Positions 1-13,837 of a stretch of DNA of 52,191 nt are shown here, in pieces. The notes under the pieces are model-generated. The model was not told where the DNA came from and searched no databases. It saw only the letters and a program-made list of their open reading frames with translations. Numbering within the stretch: position 1 is the stretch's first letter; every line of letters starts with the position of its first letter. Both the position numbers and the translations under genes were made by a program. The stretch is from Octopus bimaculoides (taxonomy: Eukaryota). Location of the stretch: contig NC_068982.1 in assembly GCF_001194135.2 (NCBI RefSeq), forward strand, positions 51,838,002-51,890,192, in the 5' to 3' direction.

Positions 1-365
1 ATAAGGCATCAGTAGTGCTTTTACCTGGCACGAACCCAAACTGCATCTCATCTAAATTGATTCGCTCCCTAATTAGTTGGGCTATGACCCTCTCTGTAAC
101 TTTCATAACCTGATCTAACAGCTTGATGCCTCTGTAATTATTTGTATCTACAGCGTCACCTTTACCTTTGTAGCAGTTGACTATGATGCTGCTACACCAG
201 TCATTGGGTATGACTCCTTCGTGTATCACCTGGTTCGTAATACGGGTGACTAGGCTATAGCCAACACTGCCAGATATTTTGAGCATCTCTGCAGTGATTC
301 CTGATGGGCCGGGGGCTTTCCCGGTCTTCATACTCTTAATTGCTTTATCTAACTTAACATGGATG
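1..365 (-). mobile_element. RTE-clade LINE reverse-transcriptase fragment (runs off window start)
   Basis: Open frame KAIKSMKTGKAPGPSGITAEMLK...NDWCSSIIVNCYKGKGDA..NNYRGIKLLDQVMK...QFGFVPGKSTTDA. Confidence 0.9.
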
Positions 366-1589
366 ATAATTCATAACTTTTACCCTAAAAATGGACTGTA
401 TGAGCTTTTAACAGTGAAATGATAAAAAAATTAATGAAGACAAAAGTTGTAAATTTACTTTATATATTGCAAGTCAACGACTTGCCTGTTTCTGATGAGT
501 TCACATTTTATCTTTAAAATTATTACGAATTTTATCATGTGTAACATAATTACTACTATAAGTAAAATTTAGTATGTTGTTACCTCACCGTCCCCTAAAG
601 CCTAACACTACCTTCAGCATGCCCAGAGTTCCCTAAGGGGCGGTACTGTTCACGTTGAGAACCTCTGTTGTAACTGAATCTGGAACTGAGAAGTTTGTAA
701 CCTTCCTGGACTGGTAAACGTTATCTGCTACGTACGAGTCGACCGAGTGCAATCTTGACATTTAAAGTTTATTCACAGTGCTCTCCCTTAATACATATCT
801 TAGAACAACCAAAACGCAGCAGGACTGTCACTTGAAATAGAATGCTAAGTTCACAGATAATCAAGGAACAAACTGCATGCCTAACTTAAATTGTGAAAAA
901 TAATGTATGGGTAGTTTTACCAAAATATACAAAATATGGGAGTGAAAGGAAATAGATATACAGTTTGAAAAGGAGAGATCTTTTTCATGATGTATGATTC
1001 TGTTGTTGTTGGCACTCCGTCGCTTACGACGTTGAGGGTTCTAGTTGATCAGATCAACGGAACAGCCTGCTCGTGAAATTAACGTGCAAGTGGCTGAGCA
1101 CTCCACAGACACTAGTACCCTTAATGTAGTTCTCGGGGATATACAGCGTGACACAGTGTGACAAGGCTGGCCCTTTGAAATACAGGTACAACAGAAACAG
1201 GAAGAAAGAATGAGAGAAAGTTGTGGTGAAAGAGTACAGCAGGGTTCGTCACCATCCCCTGCCGGAGCCTCGTGGAGCTTTAGATGTTTTCGCTCAATAA
1301 ACACTCACAACGCCCGGTCTGGGAATCGAAACCGCGAGTCCGCTGCCCTAACCACTGGGCCATTGCGCCTCCACTGTATGATTCTAAACAGAGTATTAAA
1401 TAACATCAGAAGAAATATAAGTAGAAGACATACTTTATCATCATCACCACTTTCATCATTTTACATACAATCCTTAGTGAACTCCTACATCCACACTAAA
1501 TTCAGTGCTATACACATTGTTGATTTTCACCTTACTAATAGCAACCCTGGACGTTTTGGACAGCTCTCACCATCCATTCATCTAACCCT

Positions 1590-2250
1590 AGCTTCTACAA
1601 TGACCACAAGATGAAGAAAAGAAGAGCCCTATAAAAGTCTTTTTCCTTGGCAACAAATGCCAAGTACAGTAGTTTATTTTCACTAAATGCTTCTCCAGTA
1701 GTTGCTTTACTAAGACGGTAGCATTAGTAGTATTTCTCCCTGGCACAAAACTAAACTGCACCTCATCTAGGTTAACTTCCTTCACAACTAGTCAAGCTAT
1801 GACCCCTTTCTACAACTTTTATGACCTGGTCCCGACAATTTGGTACCTCTGTAATTATCTCTGTCTGAGGCATCTCCTTTACCTTTGTAGCAGTTGACTA
1901 TAATGCAACTACAGTAGTGTATGACCTCTTCCTGGACAACCTGATTAACTAAGCCATATTCCCTTCCACCAGTTTTAAGCCTCTCAGTGGTCATCATGCT
2001 ACTGTTAACTCGGATAGCTGTTCCAACTGTTGGGTCTATATTAGGTGGACTTTCCTCCCATGCATTCTCTACATTCTGCTGCTTTTCATAGTGACACTTC
2101 CATGCTTCTTTATATGCAGAATCACTAAGTACAAGTGTACCATAAACTACCCGAACACACTTCTCTCCTACAGCATCATGATTTTTCTCTGACACACTGT
2201 CTTGTAACCCAGAACACCTCAAACCTTTGATCCTCATGCTACAGAACATT
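1590..2250 (-). mobile_element. Degenerate RTE LINE RT fragment, same family as 1-365
   Basis: GEKCVR...KEAWKCHYEK, IIVNCYKGKGDASDRDNYRG and LDEVQFSFVPGRNTTNA, split by frameshifts. Confidence 0.85.
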
Positions 2251-2603
2251 AGAAAACTTTTTCCTTTCAGCTTCTCCCCTAGCTACTTGCTACTTCCAAA
2301 GAAGGGAGCACATCCTAGCCACATAGAACTGATAATTTGAGTCATGAAATGAAGGATGCAAAAAATTGAAGCTGTTGGAGAGAATTTCACATATCAATAG
2401 GAGTTGGAAAGTAGATGGTGACAGCCTTTGATCTACAGACACACCAACAGAAAGTAATAGAGAAGCAGTAAATATTTTTTCTTAAGTATTCAAAGCAGTG
2501 AGCTAGCAGAATCATTAGCATGCTGAGCAAGATGCTTCACAGCATTTTGTCTGTCTTTACAGTCTGAGTTCAACTTTGCCTTTCATCCTTTATGGAAGCC
2601 TGT

Positions 2604-2640
<37 letters not shown>

Positions 2641-2869
2641 ATGCCTGCATGTATTTGTGTTTGTCCACTCATCCACTTACAACTTACATTGGTTTGTTTA
2701 TGTCCATGTAACCTAGTGGCTCAGCAAAACAGACCAATAGAATAAGTTCCAGACTTAGAAAAATAAAGTACTTGAGTTGATTTGTTCAACTGAAAAACCT
2801 ATGAAGAATTTTGTGAAATAACTTATTATCAAGCTCGAGTTTGGAACAAATTAACATGAAATTTTGGAG

Positions 2870-3440
2870 AAAAGATTTTACATGGCAGTGAAATATGGGC
2901 TTTGACTGCAGAGGACTTGCACAGGCTTGAAAGAAATGAAGGTAGCATGTTCTGCTGGATGGGTAATATCAGTGTACACACACAACATGATGTGTAAATG
3001 ATTTAAGAGGCATCAGATATATACAAGAGGGAAGTCTACGCTGGTTTGGTCATGTGATGTGTAGAGATGAGGACAGCTGTGTAAAGAATTGCTGAACTCT
3101 AATTGTGGAGGGTACCTGTGGAAGGGGTAGACTCGGAAATGATAAGGGATGGGGAGATGTGATAATTTGCTGTACTTGATATGTCAAGCTAAGTAAAATC
3201 GCTGTCTTCCACACATGCACGCTTGTCCTTTCAGGTGCCAGTGCCGCATGAAAAGCACCAATGCTGGTGGCATGTAAAAGGCACCCAGCACACTCTGTTA
3301 AGTGGTTGGCATTAGAAAGGGCATCTAGCCATAGAAACCTTGCTACAACAGACAAATGGAGTTTGGACAGCTCCATGCCAAACCACCCAACCCAGCATGG
3401 AAAGCAGACATTAAACAATGTCTGTACCAAGAGCTGGCAA
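2870..3440 (+). mobile_element. Decayed RTE 3' end (C-terminus plus 3' UTR)
   Basis: Aligns by eye with 22815-23676 (catggcagtgaaa.atggg, ggtacctgtggaagggg, tggttggcattag.aagggcatc). Confidence 0.7.
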
Positions 3441-4739
3441 ACCAAAAGACTACTTTGGTATGGTTTCTATGGTTGGATGTCCTTCCTTATGCCAACCACT
3501 TCAGAGAGTGTACTGGGTACTTATTTGGTACCAGCACCAGTGAGATTACCAAGTGACTTTCAAGAGAAAAGCTCCTCAACAGAGAGGAGGTAGTTTTGTG
3601 TCAGGTGATGAGAGGTTAAAGTATCTGAGACAGAAACAGGTGTTTTGCTGTAGAGGGGATACATGACTACCCCTGTTGGAAAAGAGAAGAGAGAGAAGAT
3701 GGTGGTGAAATATTTTGGGGTGTGCCCTCAAATCAAGGCACATAGCTCTGGTTGGAGTATCTATTAACAAAAGGTAAGGTGGCAGAATCATTACCATGCC
3801 AGGCAAAACGCCTTGTGGCAGTTTGTCTGTCTTTACATTCTGCCGATGTTGACTTTGCCTTTCATCCTTTTGGGGTTGATAAAATAAGTACCAGTTGAAT
3901 ACTGGAGCTAATTTAATTGACTTACCCTGTCCCCTGAAATTGCTGGCCTTGTGCCAAAATTTGAAATCAATATTAACAAAAGGTATAATTCTCTACTCAT
4001 AGTTTCTCCTACTTTTTTTTATAAACATCTAAAATGTTTGAATTGAAACAATGTCAATAGAGGATACAAGTTTTAAAGCTAAATAATATATTTTAACATT
4101 TCTTGACTTCATAGTAACTGAAATTTTAAAATATTACCACTACAAGTATAAAAATTTGTGAATAAATGCTATAATGTGAAAGGTGAGAGAGGACAAGAGA
4201 GAAAGAATGTTTATACACCGATTCATTTTACAATACTAAATCTTATAACATAAATTGAATTGCCTTTTTGTTTGGTAAACTATCAGCATGCCATAGGTCT
4301 ATTCAACCAGATCTGACCTGAGGGCTACACAATAAGAACATGACTGAATTCCAAAAATATTAGAATTTCAAGTTTGGAATGAGAGCTCTAATGAACAATA
4401 ATAACAAGGAAATAAAATTCTGCTTTGAGCCCATGTGCTTACCTGGGTTTGAAGATATTTAGATTACAAGTACAAGACTTGTCTTTGAATGGAAGCCAAT
4501 CGACTAGAGTTAACCTCCAGGTGCCACTCATACTCATTTTCAGCTGAGTGTGCTAAAGTAACATAAAATTAAGTACCTTGCTCAAAGACACAAATGAGCT
4601 AACCTGTGTGAGAACTGAACCCCTGATCTAGCAACTATTAACCACCAGGCCATGAACAGTATAATTATCTTGATATAAGTCAATATCTTCTGACATGAAT
4701 ATTACTAAAATATAAATAATACTCTCAGAGAGATTTATA

Positions 4740-5179
4740 CAGTAGTAACATGATAATGTGGTGGCATGTTGTCAACTTAATGCGACAGTCCCATGAAAGA
4801 GAATAATACTACTGCTATTTAGCCCTAGGAAGCACCGCTTCCTGTCGGCCTTGACACATTTTCTGTGTTTTTATGTTTACAAAAGGGGAGATAAGCATCT
4901 CCACCCAGCAAAGCCAGCATCCAGAGACTAGTTTCTGAGTCATTGCTATTCATGCTACTCCAGACTGATGATGAGCAATAACTCAGAAACTAGTCTCTGA
5001 ATGCTGGCTTTGCTGGGTGGAGATGCTTATCTCCCCCTTTGTAAACATAAAGACACAGAAAATGTGTCAAGGCCGACAGGAGGCGGTGCTTCCTAGGGCT
5101 AAATAGCAGTAGTAGTATTCCCTTTCATGGGACTGCCGCATTAAGTTGACAATATGCCACCACTTTATGAATATTACTG
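4740..5179. mobile_element. 440-bp foldback element (Tc1/mariner-type MITE)
   Basis: Arms of ~205 bp are near-perfect inverted repeats around a ~26-bp spacer; termini TA-CAGTA...TACTG-TA. Confidence 0.8.
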
Positions 5180-5649
5180 TAATGAAACTTGCTCTAAAAA
5201 TGAGATTTACATAAAGTAGTTCTAAGTTTTAATGTAAAAAATATTTCTAATTTAGGTGTGAAGCCAGCTATTTTGATGGGAGGGCATTGGTCCCGGTATT
5301 TGACTGGTATTTCATTTTATTGATCCTGGAAGAATGAAAGGCAAAGTTGGCCTTGGCAAGATTTGAATTCAAAACATAAGAGCCAGAACAAATACCATAA
5401 GGCATTTTAGCCAGTGATTTGACTTTCAGAGCTAGCAAGTTGTCTTTAGCAAATTTGGACATTCGTATATTGTTAGAACAGCTTTTTTTTTCCTTACAGT
5501 TGCAAGTCCTTCTTATTGTTAACGCTCAGTTGTAACATACTGTATTTTCCAACATACATGTCAAGTTTTACAGACCAAAATTCATAGCCAAAAAATAAGG
5601 TATGTTGACTTACACACCAAGACAACTTAGGAAGACCAAAAATTCCATG

Positions 5650-5915
5650 ATATCATCGTCATCGTTTAACGTCTGCTTTCCATGCTAGCATGGGTTGGAC
5701 GATTTGACTGAGGACTAGCGAACCAGATGGCTACACCAGACTCCAATCTGATTTGGCAGAGTTTCTACAGCTGGATGCCCTTCCTAATGCCAACCATTAC
5801 GAGAGTGTAGTGGGTGCTTTTACATGCCACCGGCACGAAGGCCAGTCAGGCGGTACTGGCAATGGCTACGCTCAAAATGGTGTATTTTACGTGCCACCTG
5901 CACAGGAGCCAGTTC
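5650..5915 (-). repeat. RTE 3'-UTR-derived short repeat, reverse copy. Further copies at ~10680-10880, 25210-25335, 36170-36400, 36920-37060, 38770-38945, 41280-41490
   Basis: Near-exact reverse complement of 23440-23677 (catcgtttaacgtc.gctttccatgctagcatgggttggacg). Confidence 0.8.
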
Positions 5916-6204
5916 AGCGATATGGAAAAATAATAGTAATGATGTTTGAATATTTACACTAGATGTTTACATTATTTACTATGCTGACTTGCATGCCAGA
6001 AAATATCGTAAAATATGCCTATTGACAGCAGGTAACTGGAGTAAGTAAAATTACATGCCTTGCCCAGATGCAAAACACAATGGATCATGTTATGTTTCAG
6101 TTCATGACCATCTATTTTACTTGTATGTGTATCACTCAATTTCACAACTTTTTTTCTTCATGACAATGTTCTTTTATAAACAAAACCAGAGCATATGTTA
6201 CTAA

Positions 6205-6227
6205 TTTATTTAAATAAACATTTTATT
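6205..6227 (-). promoter_or_regulatory. Candidate polyadenylation signals of the TRIM-like gene
   Basis: Two AATAAA hexamers on the minus strand (6205-6210, 6222-6227) at the end of a ~850-nt AU-rich, repeat-poor stretch after the stop codon. Confidence 0.45.
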
Positions 6228-7075
6228 CCAAAACTTACTTTGCATTCCTTAACGAAAATGATGAAAATAATTACACAGAACAACAAAAACCGTTTTTTTT
6301 AATGAATACAATTTACACAACATGGTGAGTTTTTTTATTTTTTATTTTTATTGCAAGAATGAATGGAAATGTTGGTTATCCATGGATTTGTTAGATTCAC
6401 AAAATCCATGAATGTAAGTTAAGATTTAATGTGACATTGGAGCGAAAAAAGCTATACATATAATAGACACAGGCTACAATTAACTGATCAGTTATTCAAT
6501 TCAAAATAAATTATAGAAAAATGTATATCTGATCACAGTCTATAGTAAATAAATAAATAAGTGGTTTTCAAAATGCATACAATTACAAAGTAAGACATTA
6601 AGAAATGAAATGCTTGCATGAAGCTGGATGATTAAATTCTTGATGAACAGAAAGCAAGATAATTTATGCACCTATACTTCAACTGTTCAAAGTGCATAAA
6701 TTTAATACAAATATTTATGCAAACATACATAAATATATAAATACATATAAATAATTCTTTTTATCATTTCAGTCTTTTTAATTACTGTAAGAGTCATTGA
6801 CAAGGAATAAATTTAGTAAAGTTTTTGTATCGAAAATATTCCCTTTTGATAATTTGAGCACAGTTACAGTTCCTTGATTGGAGTGAAAACACTGAATTTC
6901 ATTCTGCAGATTCCTACATAATGATGGGAGTTTTTTTTTTTTTTGTGGGGGTGAGTGGGTATAAGAACCCTTGCACTTTGCCAAGTACTTAAGCAGTGAA
7001 TTTTGTAATTTAAAACTGCTTTTTTATTTCCTTTTGAATTAGACATGACTTCTATCTAGTAATCCATAATTTCTC

Positions 7076-8145
7076 CTATGTATTACTTTTAGACATTTTT
7101 GAGATGTTGTTTATGGTTACCTGTGCCTCTATCTTACCAAAATTATCAATTTGTTCTAATAGAAAGTCTATATTTGAATGGAAGGATAAATTAGTTTGGA
7201 GACCGTCATCTATCTCCCTTACATGGATTGGGTTTTTAGCTTTTGCCTTGAGATTTTCATGCAGATTAAACATTTCTTCTATATTGCTGTCAGATAAAGC
7301 TTCTCGGAGTTTTGAACATTCCTCCTTGATTACCATTTGTCTCTCTTCCATCTTATCCATAATCTGTATAATCCGTTGCTTTTCTCGCGAAACATTCTGA
7401 TTTGCTATTTCAATCAAATCTTGCTCACGGTTCTCCAGGGCATTTCTCAGGACAACAAACACGTCTTTAATTTCTTTTTTTATAGTGTCATTGTTGGTAT
7501 CTTTGGATCTCACCAATTCTTCAAGAGTTTCGCTTTTGCTCTTTAGAGAAGTTGCTTCATTTTCCATGTTAGAGACTGCTGACTCAATAACAGGGCGATA
7601 CTTCTTCAGTGCTTCGTTTACATCCATAACGTAATGGCCATGTCGATCCTTATGATCCAGGACAGTGCAATCACGACACACAGGTTTGATGCACGGCTCG
7701 CAAAAGAAGTTCAATGGCTGAAGATGGTGCTTGGAACAGAAGTTAACTGTATATGTATTTGTATGACGGACGAAATCCAACAGTTGAACAACTCGATGAT
7801 CAGTTGGTAGTTGGACAACATGACTTTCTGATGTCATAAAAGAATTACGACAACTGGGGCATTGAAACGTTATGGTTCCACCAACACCAACTGCACGAGA
7901 ATGAGTGAGGCTGTTTCTTTGGGCACACTCTGAATAATAGAGCTGCATCAAACATGGCAGGCAGAAAGAGTGATGACATGGAAGTATTTTGGGAACTTTT
8001 ACACTTTCCTCATAACGATCACGGCAAATCATGCAGCGCAGGAAAGTTTCTTCGAAAACCTCTTCATCTAAGACAATGCTACGTCGTATTCCAGCAGCTA
8101 GTTGCTCAAGTTGAAGAGCTTGAGAGTCAACTTTGACACTTGGCT
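7076..8145 (-). CDS. TRIM/RBCC-like protein, main coding exon (RING-HC, B-box type 2, coiled coil)
   Basis: Long ORF containing C3HC4 RING CMIC...CHHSFCLPC...CPSC, B-box CSKH...CEPCIKPVCRDC...H...H and a heptad-rich helical region. Polypyrimidine acceptor tctttctttatcattgcag| gives exon start 8145 (phase 1); stop TAG at 7078-7076. Confidence 0.92.
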
Positions 8146-8202
8146 CTGCAATGATAAAGAAAGATTTTATAAGAAACAGATTCAGTATAAACATGATAAA
8201 TA

Positions 8203-8205
<3 letters not shown>

Positions 8206-8282
<77 letters not shown>

Positions 8283-8482
8283 CATACATACTGACACACA
8301 CACACACACACACATATATCTACTATTATTATTGCATTTTCTATACTTTACAAGTTTCAATAGAATTAACTACGTCGCTTGATTTTTGATCAAAAATACC
8401 CTGTAGCAGTTCTTGTGAACAAACTGCATAGATATTCACAGTATAAATTTTTTAAAACTCATCATAATTTACATGAGAGTCC

Positions 8483-8565
<83 letters not shown>

Positions 8566-8580
8566 ATTATTATTATTATT
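8206..8580. repeat. Compound microsatellites (TG)n(TA)n, (CA)n and (TA)n(TAT)n next to the TRIM acceptor
   Basis: Directly visible; they generate the CVCV/IYIY ORFs in the track. Confidence 0.95.
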
Positions 8581-11369
8581 AAAGCAGCAAAAACATCACA
8601 AAAAAATTACAAAAAACTGCTACTCAGAGTTTCGCATACCTGTTCATTGGACAGTTTATTTATATATATATAGATATATGTATATATTGAATACATTTAC
8701 CTAGATTATAAATAAATTACCTGCATTGTTGTTTAAGTTCAAATTAGTTTCAATTCAGCAGATATTCCTGTCATGACCATCCTGTCCTTTTATATATCAA
8801 GGACTACAGTCCAATTAAAATTTTATTTAAGATAATAGAGTGTAATTTGAGGGAGATTTGGTAGCTATTTCAGGCAAGTTGGATGACCTTTGTTAGGGCA
8901 GCTATAAAACTTCAGAGATGTGAGGTTCAAAAAGTAAATGGGAAAAGGATGCCAAAAGTATCCAGAAGGCAGTCCAGCAGGGTCAACATAGGAAATGAAC
9001 AACACAGAAGAATGCACTCCAAAGAAGTCTCTGTTGAAATGGCATATGGCTCCTGTTGGAATCAACTTCCTTCTTGAGGTCAAAAATAGGTTTGCTCTGG
9101 AACTTTTTAGTATTTTATAGGTGCAGACATAGATACAGGTGCAGACATGGCTGTGTGCTAAGTAGTTTGCTTCTCAACTGCATGGTTCTGGGTTCAGTCC
9201 CACATTGTGTGGCACCTTGGGCAAGTGCCTTCAACTATAGCCTCAGGCCTATCAAAGCCATGTGAGTGGATTTGGCAGATGAAAACTGAAAGAAGCCCAG
9301 CATGTGTGTGTGTGTGTGTGTGTGTGTATCTCTTTGTTTTGACATCATGTGTAGTTGTAAATGATTGTCACTGTCATAAAAACAGGTGATTCATTTCCAG
9401 TATACTGCATTAACATGTCTGATGATGTGGAGATATGACCTTGCTTGGAAACATGTGCAGGTTGGTGACAAGAAGAGCATTCAGCCACATAAAATCTGCT
9501 TCAATAAACTCCATCCAACCCATGCAAGCATACCAAAGTGGACATTAAAATTAAATGAAAAAACAATTCATTTACTCATGTCTTAATATGGTTTACTCCT
9601 GTTTTAACATGGCCTTTACTTCTGGGGTTGTAGTGTGAAGTGTGACAACAAAGATACAACCAAGAATTTCAAACAAAATTTTTGAATATAAACAAGACAA
9701 GCAGAAAAAAAAAATGACAGCAATTGAACAAACAGACACACTAATAAACATAGAATGCACTTTGAAAAATACACTGAAAAAAAAAATGACAATTATTCTA
9801 CAAACAGACACGCTTATATAAGAAAAACAGACTTTTTAACATTAACACACAGAAATGTTTTCAGTTATAAGAACAGCAGCAGTGACAATATATCCTTACC
9901 AGCATTGAAAGCCATAGGGAGATATTGGATGCGAGTCACTTCTGGCAAAACAAGTGTGAGAGAGGTAATATCAAAACAATGATTCCTTGTCTGATGAATT
10001 AACTGAAGAAAGGACAAAGAAGGAAATGATATTTTCCGTCTTGCCAAAATAGAATGGAGCTTCCATAGGCTCATAAAACAGTGTGATACACTATGTGTTC
10101 CATCAAGTATTAGATATGTGAAAGTATGTGCATAGTTTTATAATGAAGGAAGAGGAGAGGTGACAGGTAGTGTTGGTGTTGAGCACTTGCTCATAGGCTG
10201 TGTTGCAATGTATGGAGCAACAGAATATTCCAGGGATATTGGTAATGATGTTAACATTTGGCTTACTGTTACATTTGTAGTACAGTATGAGCAGGTGGTG
10301 AGTACAAAGGCAACAAGAAATTATGTCGCTGGGTAGGGTCAGCATCTCTCTCTCTCTCTCTCTCTCGCACACACACATTAATGGGCTAGGATAGCAAAAT
10401 AAATTATTATTATTATCGTTAGAGCAGTGAGCTGATACAACCAATTAGCATGCCAGACAAAATGTTTAGCAGCATTTTGTCCGTCTTATTTCTGAGTTCA
10501 AATTCTGCCAGGGCTGACTTTGCCCTTCATCTTTTGAGGCTGCTAAACTAAGTACCAGTTGAACACTACTGTTGATGTAATTGACTTACAACTATCCCCC
10601 CCCCCAGTTGTCAGGCATTCAGGATCATTATTATGCTTTGAGAGGAGTAAACATGTCCAAAAACAGTGTGTATGTATCATCATTGTCATTTTAATGTCCA
10701 TTTTAACCATGCAGGTGAAATTCATTGAAGCACATTCTCTATGGCTGGATGCTCTTCCTGTCACCAACTTGCACCTGTCTCCAAATAATATATTTCCCCA
10801 TGGCAAAACATGCTTTTGTGGAAGATTGTAAATGAAAGATACTGCTTGTATGACAGTGGTGCTCATTTACAAATATCACATGCTGTCAAGATGAGAAGAC
10901 AGTAACTCACACACACAATAGACTTCTCCATTCACAAAGCTTTGGTCAGCCTGGAGCTAAAATAGAAGACACTTGCACAAGGTGCTGTGCGAAGGGAGCA
11001 AACTCAAAATGATGTGGTTAAAAAGTAAACTTCTCAACCACACAGCTATGCCTGTACATACGCACACAAACACACTCACTCTCTGTCAGTCAGTCAGTCT
11101 CTCTCTCTCTATCTCTCTCTCTCTCTCTCTCTCGTTCCCTCTCCCACTCGATGGGCTTTCACAGATTCAGCCAACTAAATATTTCACTCACAAGGTTTCA
11201 TTTAAACCAAGGCTATGATAGAAGACATGTACTCAAGATACTGTCAAGTGATGTATCTGATACAGAATCACAGGATTGTCTAGTGAACTTTTTTTTCTGT
11301 TTAGCCATGCCTGTACTCAAGAAACTAAGAATAATTTAATACAATATTTTCCAGCATACAAGACAACAT

Positions 11370-11795
11370 AAGACTGTATTGGTTTGATCATGTGATGCAT
11401 ATGGATGTAGAAAGATGCATACAGAAGTGTTGATCACTTAAGGAGGATGGAACTTGTGGAAGAAGAAAACCTAGAAAGAGATATGGGACAAAGTATTGAA
11501 GGCTGATCTCAAGACACTAAGCCTTACAAAAGAGATGACAAAGGACTGAGATGCCTGGCACCTTGCTGTTCTCAAGAAGACCCGTCCATCACAGCAGAAT
11601 TAATACTGGTGCTGGTGCCACATAAAAAGCAACCAGTATACTCTGTGAAGTGGTTGGTGTTAGGAAGGGCATCCAGCCATAGAAACCATGCCAGAACAGA
11701 CAATGTAGCCTGGTGCAGCCCCTGGCTTTTCCAGATCTTGTCAAACCATCCACATGCCAGCATGGAAAATGGGCAGTAAATGATGATGATGATGT
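11370..11795 (+). mobile_element. RTE 3'-end fragment with (GAT)n tail
   Basis: Similar to 22980-23677; tail atgatgatgatgatg at ~11780. Confidence 0.7.
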
Positions 11796-12126
11796 AGTGT
11801 AAACATTCAAACATTGCCATCATCTTTCCAAATCCTGCTGCATTTCACAAGGACTTTTTGGTCCTCCAAAGTTGTCTTGGAGTATAAGTCACTCTACCTT
11901 TCTGGCTCTAAATTTTGGGCTGAAAAATTCAACTTGTATGTCAGAAAACAGAGTATGCTCAAAACCAGACATTAGCAAGACTCCAAAATAAATTCAATAA
12001 AATTTTGAAGAGAACAAATTTAAAAAATTAAAAGAAAAGTAGACATTCCCAATTTCCACACTACTGTTATTGTTGTTGTATATGTGAATATAAGAGTCAC
12101 TTGAGTGATTTCTAACTAGAGAAGCT

Positions 12127-12157
<31 letters not shown>

Positions 12158-12480
12158 GCATCATCAAAGGTAGCAGCAGCAGCAACAACAATTGGTCCCA
12201 CAAATTAGTGCATCCAGAATAACACAAGTTGCAACACAGGGTTGTAAGAAAAGAAAATAACCTTGTCCTCAATGCCAAGAAGCTAAGTCTCCCCACCTCA
12301 CTCCTAGAAGTACCATCCCACCACTTGCAACAAGATGGAAGTGAAGAATAGACAGGAATGACAAACTGTCAGGAGCAGTGAAAACTGATAGTGAGTCCAA
12401 GCCAAACAAGACACATGAGAAGGAGTCTTGCTCAAGAAAATGTTTCAGCCATGCTTGCCAAATCTGTTTTTTTTTCAGCA

Positions 12481-12728
12481 CAGTGGTTCACAACTGGGGT
12501 CTGCATGACCCTTGTGGGGAGTCCATATAATTTTTAGCCATTAAAAATTATATGCAATAAATCGATTATACTTATACAATACAAAAAATATATTAATATT
12601 TATCTACAGTTCCTAATATTTAATTATAAAAATAGGATTTTTTCAAGCATCAAATGCCTATGGGAGTCCAGCAAAGTAAAATAGGAATCAAAGGGGTCCA
12701 CTGGCATAAAAATGGTTGAGAACCACTG
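12481..12728 (+). mobile_element. hAT/Charlie-type MITE
   Basis: TIRs CAGTGGTTCACAAC / GTTGAGAACCACTG. No 8-bp TSD is recognisable. Confidence 0.65.
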
Positions 12729-13837
12729 ACCTATATTAAACTTAAGACTAGATTGTTTAATGTATCTGTGTTTTTAAAATAGTAAGAGATCTGAGGAGGA
12801 TTTGACTGCTATTTCTAGCAGGTCAATCAACTGTGAATATGCTCCCTCCTTGATTTGTAGCTCACCACAATGTCCAGTCCTTGTTGCAGAGTGGTAGTTT
12901 GTGCACCTCAATAACCCTGAGAACTACATCAATGAAGTGCAAGTTCCTGATAGGGCTTTTCTATGCTGGACAGATCAAAGGATAGTGGCCAGACTAATAT
13001 GGACCACCTCTTCCCAGAGATAAAAATGTGTGTGCAGAGAGTCAATACCCCTACCTAGAAAGAAAAAATCAGTTACAGAAGCATCAATGGCAATTCAATT
13101 TTCTCTCTCATTTGTACTCTGCGTAAGTTTGATCTAATAATGTAAATATCTATATATTTCTACTTAAATATTCAATACCAAACCTGCTTGAGACCACCTC
13201 TGGTTCTATGACACAAACCTCCAGTTTTAAAACCTTTCACCAAAATTTCATGTTAATCTATGTTTCAACCAGCTTAATAATGACAAAATTATTTTACTAA
13301 ATTCTTAAGTTCAAAGTTAATTGAAACACAAGCAGTGTATTTCATTAAAAATATAGTTATGAAAGGGTAAAGTGTATACATGCCTGTGGAATGCACATTC
13401 ACTTGCATGTTAATTCAAGAGCAGGTTTCTCAGTTGATCGAACAATGGAATCCTCGATGTTGAATGATGGAGGTCTTCCACCATCATGTGTCTGTGTGAG
13501 CGTATGTGCACACACACACACACACATCTATTGGCTTTTGCCTGTACCCAAGAAACAAAGTATAATTTCACAGGCTTAAACCACATATTGGCAAGACTTC
13601 AAAATAAGTACAAAGAAGTTATACCGGAAACAAATTAAAAAATTAATAAAAGAGTGGAAATTTCAAATTTCCAGATCATTACTGTTGTTGTTTTTGTTGT
13701 TACATAGCACCAGGTCAGTTCTGACCAAGCTGTCTTATTTTATCAGTAATGGTTTTCTAGAAATGAATATAACCAAATTCTATTCCAGTGTGTGATCTAG
13801 GGCTACATAGTTTAATGTGTTCAATTCTAACTCCTGC

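Noticed and set aside
1210-1614. 134-aa plus-strand ORF
   Set aside because: Reads through an antisense SINE and into an RTE remnant; no protein-like features.
8146-8311. N-terminal part of the 411-aa ORF (MCVCVC...IYIYIY...THTHTH)
   Set aside because: Translation of intronic microsatellites upstream of a clear acceptor at 8146-8147; not real protein.
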